Made by a program: the position numbers and the translations under genes
The notes under the pieces: model-generated
Told to the model about the DNA's origin: nothing
Database searches by the model: none
The model's input: only the letters and a program-made list of their open reading frames with translations
Assembly (NCBI GenBank): GCA_013239625.1
Contig: MU054220.1
Coordinates: forward strand, 4,957,328 to 5,021,327
From: Lama guanicoe
Taxonomy: Eukaryota
Length of the DNA: 64,000 nt
Reading direction: 5' to 3'
Shown here: piece by piece, positions 1 through 13,649 of the stretch
Layout: every line of letters begins with the position of its first letter
How positions within the stretch are numbered: position 1 is the stretch's first letter

Positions 1-499
1 TACCTGGAGTAACTTCCCCTAACACCCTTGTTCCAGGCGAATTCCTGCCACTCACATTGTTTTTTCAAACGTTCAGAGGAATTACGTAACAGCCACGTTT
101 CCACCACCTGTATCTATGATAACATTTTACCATACTCACTTCAGATTTTTCTAAATGAAAAAAAGGAGTTGAAGTTCCTTTTAACTGCTTTTGAAATCCC
201 TCCCTCTCTTCCAAAAGTTACCACTATCCTGAATTTTATACATTATTTTATGTATACTTTTATAAAATATTACTATGTTGCCCTTCCTCTCTTAAAATAT
301 TACTTTATATATATCTATAGCTATATCTCCAAAATAACATACAGCATTGCTTTGCAACTTTAAAAGTTTTATATAAATACTATCATACTATATGTCAATA
401 TATAATTTTTTTGAAGTTAATATTATATTTTTAAGATTTACCTACATTGGTTGGTATTGCTCTAAATTTTTCATTTTTATGGATATTTAAAAATGTATT

Positions 500-711
500 T
501 ATCTATTGTCCTGTCTTTGGATCTGTTTCTGTTTTATAAATATGTTCATTTGTGTGGGTTTTTTTTTTTTAAGATTCCACATAAAAGTGATATCATATGG
601 TATTTTTCTTTCTCTCTGGCTTACTTCACTTAGAATGACATTCTCCAGGTCCATCCATGTTGCTGCAAATGGCATTATGTTATTCTTTTTTATGGTTGAG
701 TAGTATTCCAT

Positions 712-767
<56 letters not shown>

Positions 768-1405
768 CGCGTGCATCTAACTACATTCCCACCAGCAGTG
801 TAGGAGGGTTCCCTTTTCTCCACACTCTCTCCAGCATTTATTGTGGACTTTTGAATAATGGCCATTCTGACTGGTGTGAGGTGACACCTCACTGTAGTTT
901 TGATTTGCATTTCTCTGATAATCAGCAATGTTGAGCATTTTTTCATGTGCTTATTGGCCATTCGTATGTCTTCACCGGAGAACTGCTTGTTTAGGTCTTC
1001 TGCCCATTTTTGGATTGGGTTGGTTGTTTGTTTTTTGTTGTTATTAAGTTACATGAGCTGTTTATATATTCTGGAAATTAAGCCCTTGTCAGTTGCATCA
1101 TTTGCAAATATTTTTTTTCCCATACATAGGTTACCTTCTTGTTTTGTTTATAGTTTCCTTTGCTGTGCAAAGCTTATAAGTTTAATTAGGTCCCATTTGT
1201 TTATTTTTGCTTTTATTTCTATTGCCTGGGTAGACTGCCCCAGGAGAACACTGTTAAGATTTATGTCAGAGAGTGTTTTGCCTATGTTTTCTTCTAGGGG
1301 GTGTAGAGTGACTTGTCTTATGTTTAAGTCTTTAAGCCATTTTGAGTTTATTTTTGTGCATGGTGTGAGGGAGTGCTGTAACTTCACTGATTTACATGGG
1401 GTTGT
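500..1405 (-). mobile_element. LINE-1 3' fragment (ORF2 C-terminus + start of 3' UTR)
   Basis: Minus-strand peptides [34 protein letters not shown] and [23 protein letters not shown] are L1 ORF2 C-terminal motifs. Confidence 0.95.
714..776. repeat. (TG)23(CG)6 alternating purine-pyrimidine microsatellite
   Basis: Directly visible. Confidence 0.98.
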
Positions 1406-1639
1406 CTTCTATATTTTATAATATTTTTGTTTGATTTATCAGTTTCTGACAAAGATCTGTTAAAATCTCCTACTCTGATTATGGGTTTTTCATGCAATGC
1501 TGTCAGTTTTTGCTGTTTGGAAATTAACATACACACACTCATGAGACAAGTATGTAATATATCCTTCTGGTGGATTGTTAATATGGAGGCTCTCTCTCTT
1601 CATCTCTATTAATGATCTTAAATTCTTATTTTGTCTGAG

Positions 1640-1975
1640 GCAAGTTTACCATCCTTTACCACTCTAAAATCTAAAATTCGGAAAACCCTGTTTATTCTTA
1701 AGTTTTGTACCAACATTCATGTGGTACAACAAAACCTGATGGAAAGCCATTTTACAGTCTTTATCCTCTTTGTGTGAACACTCATACATTTTGCTGGAGA
1801 AATATTAATGTATCCTATTATGGAGTTTGGGACCAGAACAAAAAGAAAGGAAAAAAGAAAAAAGAAAAAAAAAAAAAAAAAAAAAGGCTGACTGTATTCT
1901 AACTACATATAGCCCCAGTGATTTCAGATGAAGGACTGAACGTGTATAAATACTGCCATAATAGCTTTCTGGACT
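1640..1975. mobile_element. Old TcMar-Tigger-like DNA transposon relic with internal A-rich run (1839-1885), within degraded old L1
   Basis: Terminal segment gccccagtgatttcagatgaaggactg resembles Tigger/MER46-type ends; family uncertain. Confidence 0.35.
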
Positions 1976-3389
1976 AAATAAGAAATCAAATCTGATAGTC
2001 TGAGTTTTAATCAGTGAGTTCAATCTGTTTATATTTATTGTGATTTCTGACATATTTGGATTTATTTCAACCATATTATTTTGGGTTTTCTGTCCATTTT
2101 ACTTTTTCTTTGCTGCTTTTTTCTCACTTCCTGCATGCCATGTGCTTGATACACTTACTACATTCCCTCCGCTCTTCCTGTATCTTCTGTATCTTCCCTT
2201 TATTTGTAGGTTTGGAAAGTATAAATTGCATTTCAATTATTTTGGTTATTGCCCTTACTCTTTTTTTGTTAAGTTTTTCTTCAGTGAATATTTCAGTATG
2301 TTTCTGAAAGACACTTAAAAAAAAATAAAATCATAACTCTCGTATCACATGCAAAAAAAAAAGTAATTTCTTAATATCAAATATCCAGTCTGTGTTCAAT
2401 TTCCCAACTGTTTCTTCCCTCTTTTTTCAAAAAATACAGTTTGTTTGAACTAAAATCTAGTAAGATACACACACACTGCAATTGGTTGATTGGTCTCTTA
2501 AGTCCCTTTTAATCTACCGGTCACCCCTTTATTTCCCCCTTTTTTTTTAATCTTTGTAATTTATTTGTAAAAGAAGTTGGATCACTTGTCGTATAGTTTA
2601 TTACTCTCCAGGATTTTGCTGACTACATCTCACAAGTTTAACATATTCCTCTGCCCTTTGTATTTCCTTTATATTGACAGCAGGATCCAGGAGTTCTTAA
2701 CTTGTTCATGTCATGGGCTTCTTTGGCTGTCTAATGAAGCCAACAGACACCTTCTTAGAATAATCTTTTGCGTACATAAAATATATAAAATGACAAAAGA
2801 AACCAATTACACTGAAAAGCAAATTATACTGTAGTTTGATTAGATTCATATTTCTTTTGGCAGGACTGCTTGAAAGGTGGCAATATTCTTAAAATTTTAA
2901 CATGTTTGCCTATAAAATTTCCAACAAGATTTTAATTTATTCAGTTATTTTTGCCTTCTGAACATGACAAAGGAGTCTAATATGCTTAATTGAATCAATG
3001 AACATGCCCCGAACCCTTCTACAGACCGGTAATTTTATTTAGTTTTATCTTTTAAATACAGAAAATAAATAATCAAATAAATTTAGCAACTTTTTCATCA
3101 ATGTTTTTACTTGCCACTACATATCCTATTCACTTCCACTGGCTCTACTTCTTGCAGAAGTGCATCTTCCTGTTTTTTTAAAGTAAGGGTCTGTGGTTAG
3201 TGCACTGTCTTTGTACATCAGAAAACTGCTTTGCTCTCACTTTTGAATGATGGTTTAAAAGATTATAAAATATTATATTTAAAAGAATATAAAATCCTCA
3301 TCTTAGCATTTTGAATGTTTGCTATTCCTTCATTGTCTTCTAGTATCTAAGAAATCTACCTAGTTGTCACTACTTTGTAGATAAATTGT

Positions 3390-3670
3390 ATTATCTAGTC
3401 TCATGGCTTTAAGTCTATGTCAATGAGTAACAAATTTATCTCTTTAGCTCAGACTTTTACCCAGGAGTGCACTCTAGAAGAACCAATTCCTTACTCAATG
3501 TCTCCACTAGATGCCTAATAGGTATCTCACACTTAACATATCAAAGCCAAACTCCTCCCCAATTTATATCTCCTTCAGTCTGTTCCATCTCAGCTAATGT
3601 CAACTCTGTCCTTTCAGTTGCTCAGGTCAAAAACCCTGGAGTCATCCTTCACCCCTTCTCCATCTCTGTC
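3390..3670 (+). mobile_element. L2 fragment
   Basis: ctccactagatgcctaataggtatctcacacttaacat...cagttgctcaggtcaaaaaccctggagtcatcc is typical L2. Confidence 0.8.
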
Positions 3671-5622
3671 TGTCTGTCTGTCTCTTTATGACCACTCCAT
3701 GACCATCTCCCATGTCTAGCAGTTTTATAGTTGCTTCCAGGTTCTATCCAGTTCCCAAGTCCAAAATCAGATCATAGAACTTTAGATTGGAGTTTCTACC
3801 CCAAAGTAATATTCTGCCCTGCAATGGTGTTCAGGAAATTAAAAACAATTATTGAACTACTGGATTTTTTTTTTTTTTGTCATTAGGTTTTGTTTTGTCT
3901 TTCTCCTTTTTTTTTCCTTCCCCATCAGACTCTTTTCACAAACAGAATTGTCCATCCCAGTCTTCAAGTAGTAAGCTTGGTTCTCTGGCTTTATCTTGCA
4001 TGAAATACTGTCCCCTTCACCCCACAAAGCTGAACCACCAAACACCAGAGCCTGCTCCTGCCCTTGGAGAACAGCAGGTTTGTAGTTTCAGCCACACTCC
4101 CAACTTAGTATTTCTGTTCCATCTCTGGAGATGCTTATGTTGTGTTTAGGACTAGCTATATTTTATTCTGATTTCTATTTTCTCTTTTATGTGTCACTGC
4201 TGTCTATATGAAGCAGAAGGGGTGTACTAAGTGTAAACTCATTACACTACCTTAGCCAAAAATTGGTGGAGTCAGTATTTTACTTTTGCACTTTCACTGA
4301 CTTGGTAAATGGCATTTTCCCCCTGCATATACTCTGACTTAAATCTCCTTTTCTTTACATTAAATAATACTGCCTTTTAAAAAGACAGGACCTTAAAAAA
4401 ATATAATGTTGTCTATGTATCTGAAAATAAAAACCATTTTCTGCACCATTGCATCTTTCTGAACGCTATATTTAAACAAAAATAGATCAAGCTTCTAACC
4501 ATAAAGCCCTATAAATATATCTATTGTCTTTTTCCTAGTATTCATAATATTTCCAAATTTATAAGTGGTAAAACTGGTAGGAATAAGGTAAGATACTATT
4601 TAAAAATGGTGACGTGTTCAAGTTTTATAAATATTCCAAAAGTGTTACTACCTACACACAGCTGGTTAATATGTGCTAAAAGCTCCTTCTTAATTTACAG
4701 AAATTTAAAAGATATCTAATTATAACTATTGCTCTTGAAAGATGTACCAGGTTAAATCTATGTAAGTGAAATTTGGAATTTTTACATAACTAGAAAATGA
4801 GTGGCCACCTGGTTTAACAGGTATGCCAACTTTAAAGCCAAGAGATACGGCACTTGCCTCTGGTTCTGCCATAACTTACTTTGTGAAATCAGGCAATCCA
4901 TTGTCTTTAGGTCTAATTGTTTCCTTGCCTCTAAAATGAGGATGGTATTTATGATTCATTCTAGCTCTGGAAGACTCTCACTTTATTCTTACTATTCCTA
5001 ATAATTTTTAAATCTAACTTTGCAAATTGGGTTATTTCTACAACTTAACATTTCCTTAAAATTTGGATTCAATTTACATTGTAACTTTTAAGCAGAGTTT
5101 TTATGAGAGAAAAAAGCCTATTTTCAAATAGTTAATGTTTGCTACTAAGCAAAGTCAGTTTATGGAAATAAGTGACAGAAACAGGTTAGAGTTTATTAGC
5201 ACTAATAAATATCAAGTTTTCAAGGTACAAAGTGATGGTTTTCATCTCAATCATGAGAATATAAAATGCCAAGAACAGTTTTTACTACCTGTGAATTAAC
5301 AAAATTATATTTTTATAAGGTATTCAAACCATTCTTCCTTTTGATATTTTACCCAAACTCTCCTTCCAAGAATATCCTCAGAGATTATTCCTCTTCTTGA
5401 TAGAAAAATTTATACACGGCAACTTTGTTGAAGGATATGAGTCAAGAACCAGGCATAAAACCCAGGATTGGGTAGTCTGTTTCTCTTTCTATTATTCAAA
5501 TGGCATTCTAATTAGAGTTTTTTTTAAAGACATGATCTAAAAGTAGCATATTTCTTTGAACACAATAAATTCCTGTGAAAGCAACAAGTTTCAGCTGTGT
5601 ATCAAATGTCCAGTTCCCTCAC

Positions 5623-5712
5623 CTCCAATTCTTTGAGGTAGTTAACTGTTGTTTCTTGTCTCATTAATATGACTAAGTCATGGGGATGCTTCAAGTTCAT
5701 TGGTGAATCCAC
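5623..5712 (-). CDS. TTC17: TTC17 exon 2 VDSPMNLKHPHDLVILMRQETTVNYLKELE
   Basis: ttgcag|GTG ... GAG|GTGAGG; 90 nt, phase 0, continues exon 1; the gene continues beyond the window start. Confidence 0.95.
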
Positions 5713-6239
5713 CTGCAAGCAAGCAAACAATGAATAAACGAAGCTCAGATATCATTAACATTTGTTTGGATTAATAAAAGTTCCTTTCATATGCCTTAAA
5801 TTATTGTTCAATCACCATTATAATCAGTGTTGGGTGCTCGGCAAAGCTCAAGAGGTATTTCAAAACTGATCACATGTAAATTTCAGCAAAGGAAATGACA
5901 GGTTCAATGGCTGTCTCTTGAACTCCACTTGAAAGAACAAGCTTTTGAAATGAGTATTTTTACTTGACCGGTCATATAAAGAATATTCAAGAAGAGAAGT
6001 ATTTAGAAGTAAATAATAAATTCCTTAAAAGCTATTTTATACCTGTATTAACAAAACAAGGATTGTCTTATCTTGATCTTGATAGCACATTCTATATCTG
6101 AACAGGTTCAGAGACAATAAAAGGAAAATACGAAAAGCATCTCTTTTTGAAGACTATTTATAGAAGACATAAATCAGAGATAATGTACAATAACTTTGAG
6201 TCTTATAATTTACAATTCATGCTTCTGAACTGTAATCAC

Positions 6240-6800
6240 TAAATAAGTGATTCTGTTGTTGAAGATGCAGGGAAAATGAACTTTCATATGCTGGTAGCAG
6301 TCTTATTTGGAGGATCATTTGACAACATACATCAAAATTTGACCTAGCAATATAAACTCTAGGAAACTATCCTATAGGCATTCTTAAACAAGCAGGCAAA
6401 ATGATATAGAAGGATGCTCACCATATCACCTTTAGCTGCAAAAAACAAAAGAACAACAAACCTAAGTCCATCAGTGGGAAAACAGGGAAATCCACTGGCC
6501 AATGGAATGGGATACAGAAGAACTAGGTCTACTGTCAGGAAAGATGTTCACAACGTATTAACTAAAAGTAATAAAGAATAATAAGTATGCTATGTTTTTT
6601 TGTTTAATCATTACATGTATATATTTTTATAGATATAGATGTATACATGTCTGTATATGCACAAAACTAAGTTGGTCCTCAGTGATTTCTTTTGGGAAGT
6701 GGGATTAAGAGGAGAGGTAACTTCATTATCTTTTACTTTCTACATTTGTGTATTTTTAAGTTGTCCATAATGTGCACATGATACATTTATAATAAGGAAA
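6240..6800 (+). mobile_element. Old L1ME-type 3' fragment
   Basis: tttgacctagcaat...ctctaggaaactatcct and ggaaagatgttcacaacgtatt motifs. Confidence 0.65.
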
Positions 6801-9800
6801 AAACAACACACATACACACATGGTTTTTGAATTTCAAAAAAATCTAAGGCAGTGGCTTTGATATCTAAGAGATGAAATGAAATTCCTGCTGTCCCATAGC
6901 GTTAGACTGTCAAATTATATACCACCTCTTCAGGAAGTTCCACTCTGAGAAGAAACTATCTTTCTGTAATCTCTGAGAATCTGACATCAGCTCAATTAAT
7001 TTTAAAGCTAGCTTTTTAAGTACAGAAGATAGCCTTGCTTAGACTTTGGTCAATGCAAGCCTTAAAAAACTATTTTAAAAAGAAAAAATAACATGAAATA
7101 AGTTCAATGATTGCTTTAATAATACACACAGTAACAACTGGGTGATGTTAGGTGACCACATATAAAATTCATCTGCCTTTGCTCATTCCACCATCTTAGA
7201 GACGTCAGAGGAAAAAGAGATGCTGGTCCTGAGTAACTTCCACTCTTACGTTCATTGCAATCGTCTGAACGACATAATTATCATTATGTAGTTATAGATA
7301 ATTGTCATCGCCTAAGGTCTCACTTTTATGACAAAATCCTTTCACTGCTTCCCCTAGCCTTCCTACTATATTGGAATTTATGTTAAAACTGGACTTTGAA
7401 TTTAAAAGGCACTAAAAACGTAACAGCAAGGGCTATACTTGACCACCTGAGCTGTAAATCTCTATCAAATAATCAAGCCTAGCAAAGGCCTATAAGCAAA
7501 ATGCTACGTGCATCTCAATACAGGGTAGAAATTTTTGCTTCTCTTTTCATTTTGTTTGAACATATTCCCAACAGTCATATGCGGGTAGGGTAGGGAAAGT
7601 TACTATAATGTATTGAATATGGACTGATCTAACTCCAAAGTCCATCAATCTTTTTCACAACAATGTGATATATTATTTGTCATATATTACAGCACACCAA
7701 AATTTGTACAGGAGAAAATGTAAAAGCTATAGCCAGTAGCCAGAGTGCAAAAAAGCTAGGAGGCCAAATAAAGTCTGGTACTTTGCAACTCTGTCCAGAC
7801 CTCAAGAGGAAGTGATTTAATACATGACTATATTTAAATGAGGTTTTTAGAAAAAATTGGGGAGGGGGAAAGAATGGGAGTATGACGTTCCCACTCAAAA
7901 ATACCCTACCAGTCTGATTACCTGACATCTGGAGAACTGCAAAAGGAAGGAGTGAAAGAATAAGACAATGAAGAGTTACATTAGAGAAATATTTAAAGTA
8001 TAATCTTAGTTTTAGATTAAAAAGATACTGGATAACCAGGGCTCTGTCATATTTCAATAGCATGGGTTTGACCAATATCTAGTTGTGAGGAAGTACTTTT
8101 CATTTCCTTGAAGCATTTAGTTCAAAAAAATAAAGTAGCTAGAGAAGGTATGAATTAGCATAAGGAAGGGAGTCCACTGACAGCTTGACAGCTGTGTTTC
8201 TCTTTTCAACGTGGCAGCAAATGGCTTGGATCTCTGCCAGATGAGGGTTGGTTGCAGATTTATAGCCTGACACACATTTTTACTGAGGTACTTTCAAGTT
8301 CTTAGATTTTACGCTAATTATCTTTGGCAAATGCCAGTCCACTTGAACTTCTCTTGAATACCTCTCCTCCTTAGAATATTATGAAAGAGGGTATGTTTGA
8401 CCACTTTATAAATACTACAACATCCATTCAACCAATAAAAGTTTATTATTACTCTATGAACAAGGCCCACTAGGAGTCAGTATTTGGAGCCTACATACTC
8501 CTATTTTATATACAATGTGAAAAAGAATGTTTTTCCTTCAAAATCTTTAGCATTTAGAAGAGTCTGCTATAAACTCAAGAGCAGAGTGACAGAAATTACA
8601 GAGTGATGGGTTAAAAATGATGTAATGTGTACACAAGATCTCAAAGCACTTTATGGCTTTTTAACAAAGAATAAACCACCTTACAAACTTCCAAAAAAGA
8701 GGAAAAAAAGTGGAATTATTTTCAATTTGCTATACTTAAGAAGGTCAGGAAGTATGAAATATATTTTAGAGTAAAATTTAAACTACAGAGAAAAACTGAC
8801 AATGTATTTGGAAATCAGCTATATGGAATTCTACTATCCAAAATGATTCATTCCCTTAAGAGTTCCAGGTAAAGACAGTTTCACTGTTACCATAGCAATT
8901 TACTTTAATAAAGAAAATGACAAACCATGTAAGACAATTCAATTTTATTTTCCTTTTAATACATTATATAAATGCATGTGTCCAATTATATATAACAGCT
9001 GTAAATATCTTACTCATATCAAGTTCATTTTCATATATTTCATTTGCTGCCATCTCTAACCAAGATATTAATTTCTACATCCCTAATCTGGAGCCCTGAC
9101 CCTGTGAATTCAGTAAATTCACATGGTAATGGATGGAAATGTCACTATATAAGGGTAACGACTTCACTGCCAAAGTTAGATAAAGGGTGAACGCTTTGAA
9201 CTTAAAATAATCAATCTAAGGATATAAATAAATATTTTTAAGTTCTACAAAATCAAGTCTGAGGCAATCATTTTCTACTAGTCCTTTATGATAGGAAATT
9301 GAACATTTCTATTGTAACATTAGTTCCATCGCTCATATACACTTATTCTTCACATATGCTGAACATTTTTATCTGTTTTTTAAAAAATGGTATTCATATG
9401 AGTACATGAAAGCAACATTAATGGGGAACTCACTGTTTTCCCACCAGCAGTTTGAAACTGACTAATGAAACCTTATATTATGCTATATTCATTAAAAAAG
9501 GATTCCCCTTAGGTTAGAAACTTAGGGATGGAATATTTAAATCTTTTATTCATAATTTTAGATTATTTAAATATTGAGATGATATGATGGAAAACATAAA
9601 GATCTTCAAAGCAACTAAGATTTCACCTCTACCTTAAATGATCCCACTTAGTATTTACGGTTTTTCCTGTCCAGTACCTGCAATCTCCTTCTTGCGGCAA
9701 AAAACCTGTCTTGGTTGGCTGGAAGCATCCTTCCCCACATAGGAAGCCTGATCAGTGTATTCTTTTCTCTTGGTATCTTATTTCTGAGAAGGGACACTAA

Positions 9801-10841
9801 TCAAGTAGTCAGCTGGTACTAAAGAGTCTCTAATCCAGAACTTTTCTTTGAGCTATTGGGGACTAGCTACCTTGTATCCACAGGGGGCCTGAAAATAAGG
9901 TTAAAGCAGCAGACAAATGAAGACAGAGAAAAACCTATCCTGGTTATACTGTTTGAATCCTGAATCAAATTCTATCTGTGGCACTTAGAATTTGTCCAAA
10001 CATTCCAATGAAAATTTTCAAAATTGGAAGTTTTGATGCTATTACTAAACTTCTGCCTAATTTTCTTGAGGCCCTCTGTCTAGGATATCTTCTTATCCTT
10101 GTGGCTCTTTCATGAGCCTCTGTGTCCTTGCACATGCTAATTCCTTTACTTGGAAAGCATTTCTCTTATGCTTTTGATGAATGCCAAATGACTTGGCTCA
10201 AATGACATTTCCTTTGTGAAACCATCCTTCTCTTGAGCTCCCATAGTATTTTACACATATTTCTGTAATAGAATTTATTACATTGTTTAACATTTGTATG
10301 GTTGTCTCTTCAAATAAATTTTTTTTTAAATTCTTCTACCTTCAGTACTTAACATGTTTTTAGGTATTTAATACATTGTTAATTATTTGATGAAGGTGTT
10401 TGATATAACATTTGTTAGATTTTCCATGTCCTAAGGCATTATCATTCACTGATGACAATCTATAAACTGAGGACACCCAACCTAATGACTTCTAAGAGTT
10501 CCTTGTAATTTCCAAATCTTACCTCTATAAAAGATTTAACACTGTCATAAAAATATCACTTTTAACCAACCTAACCTATCCACTGAAGTAACCTGATATT
10601 CAAATGAATGAAATTACCATTCTTTCAATTTGCCCATATAAACTTGTATTCACCCTAGGCAGGGACTATTTCCAAAGCTGCAGTTAAAAGCTTCTTTTAA
10701 ACCATCAACTTGTCAAATTAAACCAAGGCTCCAATTAGCAGTGGCTATTTATTTCTGAGTAGTTAAGTTGTTCATCATATCACAGACTAAGTTAGCCCTC
10801 TCTGTCCTTATGCTCATTAATTCTAACAAAGTTCAACTTTA

Positions 10842-11597
10842 AAAAAATCTTCTTTAAATCTGTAGATTGCCTTGGGCAGTGTGACCATTTTAACAATATT
10901 GATTCTTCCAATCCAAGAGCATGGGATATCTTTCCATTTTTTAAAGTCTTCTTTAATTTCCTTCATCAATGGTTTATAGTTTTCTGTGTATAATTCTTCC
11001 ACCTCCTTGGTTAGATTTATTCCCAGATATTTTATTACTTTGGGTGCTATTTTAAAGGGGATTTTTTTTTACTTTCTTTTTCTGTTGATTCATCGTTAGT
11101 GTAAAGAAATGCAACTGATTTTTGAACGTTAATTTTGTAACCTGCTACCTTGCTGAATTCTTCAATCAGCTCTAGTAGTTTTTGTGTGGACCTTTTAGGG
11201 TTTTCTATATATAGTAACATGTCAACGGCATATAGTGACACTTTTACCTCTTGTTTTCCAATTTGGATCCCTTTTATTTCTCTCTCTTGCCTGATTGCTG
11301 TGGCTAGGACTTCCAGGACTATGTTGAATAGGAGTGGTGATAGTGGGCATCCTTGTCTTTTCCCAGATTTTAGTGGGAAGCTTTTGAGTTTTTCACTGTT
11401 GAGTACTATGCTGGCTGTAGGTTTGTCATATATAGCTTTTATTAAGTTGAGATATGTTCCCTCTATACCCAAGAGATGATCAGTGGTTTTTGTCCTTTCT
11501 CTTGTATGACTCAAAAATTGTGCTGAACACTGGAATTTGACACAACATTGTAAAATGATTATAAATCAATAAAAAATGTTATTAAAAAATCTTCTTT
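10842..11597 (+). mobile_element. Young 5'-inverted (twin-primed) L1 insertion with 14-bp TSD
   Basis: Inverted RT segment 10856-~11505 ([22 protein letters not shown]) joined to a forward L1 3' tail ~11503-11583; TSD AAAAAATCTTCTTT at 10842-10855 and 11584-11597. Confidence 0.88.
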
Positions 11598-13649
11598 TCT
11601 GATTTACATGCTAAATATATGTTACAGTAAAAACAAACACATTATAGACAATATAAAGAAAATTAAAATTACTTGAAATCTGCCCCTCAAAGATAGCTGG
11701 TGTCAAATATATACATCATGTCAGGATAAATTATTTACACATATATACATTCATAGCTATGTAGATAAATATTTTTATAAATATCACATAATAAATCTAC
11801 TATGTTGTATCCTTCCTTTCTCCATTCTTCTCTAAATTTTATCAGACCTCTTTCCCAGAAAATACAAATTATATTATGACATTTAGTTGTTAATATTATA
11901 TTAAAGCTACTTACCCAGGATTCTACTAAAATTTGGGCTTTCAGTTACACTCTTTTTTTTAACAATATTGTGAATATCCTTACATTTAATTTTTTTAGAT
12001 AGCTGTCTATTTAATTCCTTCCTAGAATAAGAATTATTAGGTTAGAAGGACTGTGCTTTTAAATTCATATTTTTTACTAGCTTTTCTCCAGAACAGTTGA
12101 ATCCACTGAAATTCGTAATAGTCACTGAGTTACTGTATACTCTTGGCATGAATACTTTTAATCTCTTTATTGGTCGTATATATTTCTTCTTTTGTGTACT
12201 TAACAAAAAAATCTTTCTCACCGCTTCTTTTTAAACCCATCTGACAGTTTATCCATCATATTTTATGAACGGTGGTTTCTAGTTGGTGGGACTCTAGATG
12301 ATTACTCTCTTCTAGTTTGTGTTTTCTGACTTTTTCTACAGTGAACATGTATACTTAAATTTACTAAGTGTTTCTGTGTTTTAAAGTGCTATGGACAGGT
12401 CATCTTGTTAAAATGAAACGTTAGAGTGCTATGCAATATGTTTTACTGTATTAAAAAAAGTGTAATAAGTACAAGCTCAGGTCTGAGGGACAATGTTGTA
12501 GCTTTTCCTTATATAGAGAGAAAAAAACCATCTCACAGATGTGGGATCAGGCAAAAAGGCAACATCTATTGTATTGTCCTGTTCCTTTCTCCCCTCAGAT
12601 TTTTACCCTTATTTCAAATCTAGTTCACTGCCATTTTTAAACGATTGTTTAAGGAGCCCTCACCTTTGTGACCCCTGTCAGGCTAACGGTAAGCAAGATG
12701 AGTTTTAGACGGATGGACTGAGAGGCAGAAAGGTCTGCTGCCTGACTTTGCATGCAACTGTCTCTTCAGGATTCAAGTCTAACCATCATGGACTTGTACC
12801 TTCTTCCAGGTCTAGAGAAGTGTAATTACATTAAACACTAGTTCAGCCCGGCTCTTAAGAGGGACTTACACAGGTTCCTGGCTATAATAATTGTCAAAAC
12901 TTTAATTAATGTAACATAAACAGATCTTTTACTAGAAAACATTTAATTGCATGAGATTAGTAAAACACTACTGTAATGAACTGGCAAGATTTGGAAATAT
13001 TTTTGCTGAAGATGACTTTTTTGCTCTTAGAGTACTTGTATAGTATTTTAGTAAGAAATTAATTTTACAGAATATCAAGTCATCAAACTAAAATTAAACT
13101 TTAAATAACAAAAATAAATAATGATTCCTATCACATGGATTTTAATGGCCTTATATCCCTATTTTTTACAGTTTTAAATCTCAATTAGATTTTACTTTTT
13201 CATTTTCAGTTCTTGGAAGACAGAGTTGTAAATAATTAAACTCACAGAAAATAATCTAGGTATTTGAAGTATAAAATATATAGCTATAATCTAGATTTGA
13301 ATGTACAGTGTTGTAGCCAATTTTATTAGAACATTCTTGTCAAATAATCACCATTTTCCTAACTGATAAGCAAGTAAGTAGCCATTTTCAATATGAACAA
13401 CTTCTTATAAAACTGTTATCAGTCTACATTTTCTGATTTAGTGCTATCAGGGAATATATAAATAACATAACAAATAAAGTAGACAGCTTACAACTTTACA
13501 AGGGAAGAATGAAACACTGGATCAAGACACGAGAGTCAAGGATATTTCTCATTTGTATACTTATGACATTCTTGTAAACACACAAAGAAATAATTAGCTG
13601 TACAATTAGAGTGGATTTATACATAACCCAGAAGTGATTCTCATTCCAG

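Noticed and set aside
900..1421. 173-aa hydrophobic plus-strand ORF
   Set aside because: Antisense of L1 ORF2, a common artefact
11047..11514. Reverse-transcriptase ORF as a novel RT system
   Set aside because: Ordinary truncated L1 ORF2 fragment with a mutated catalytic motif
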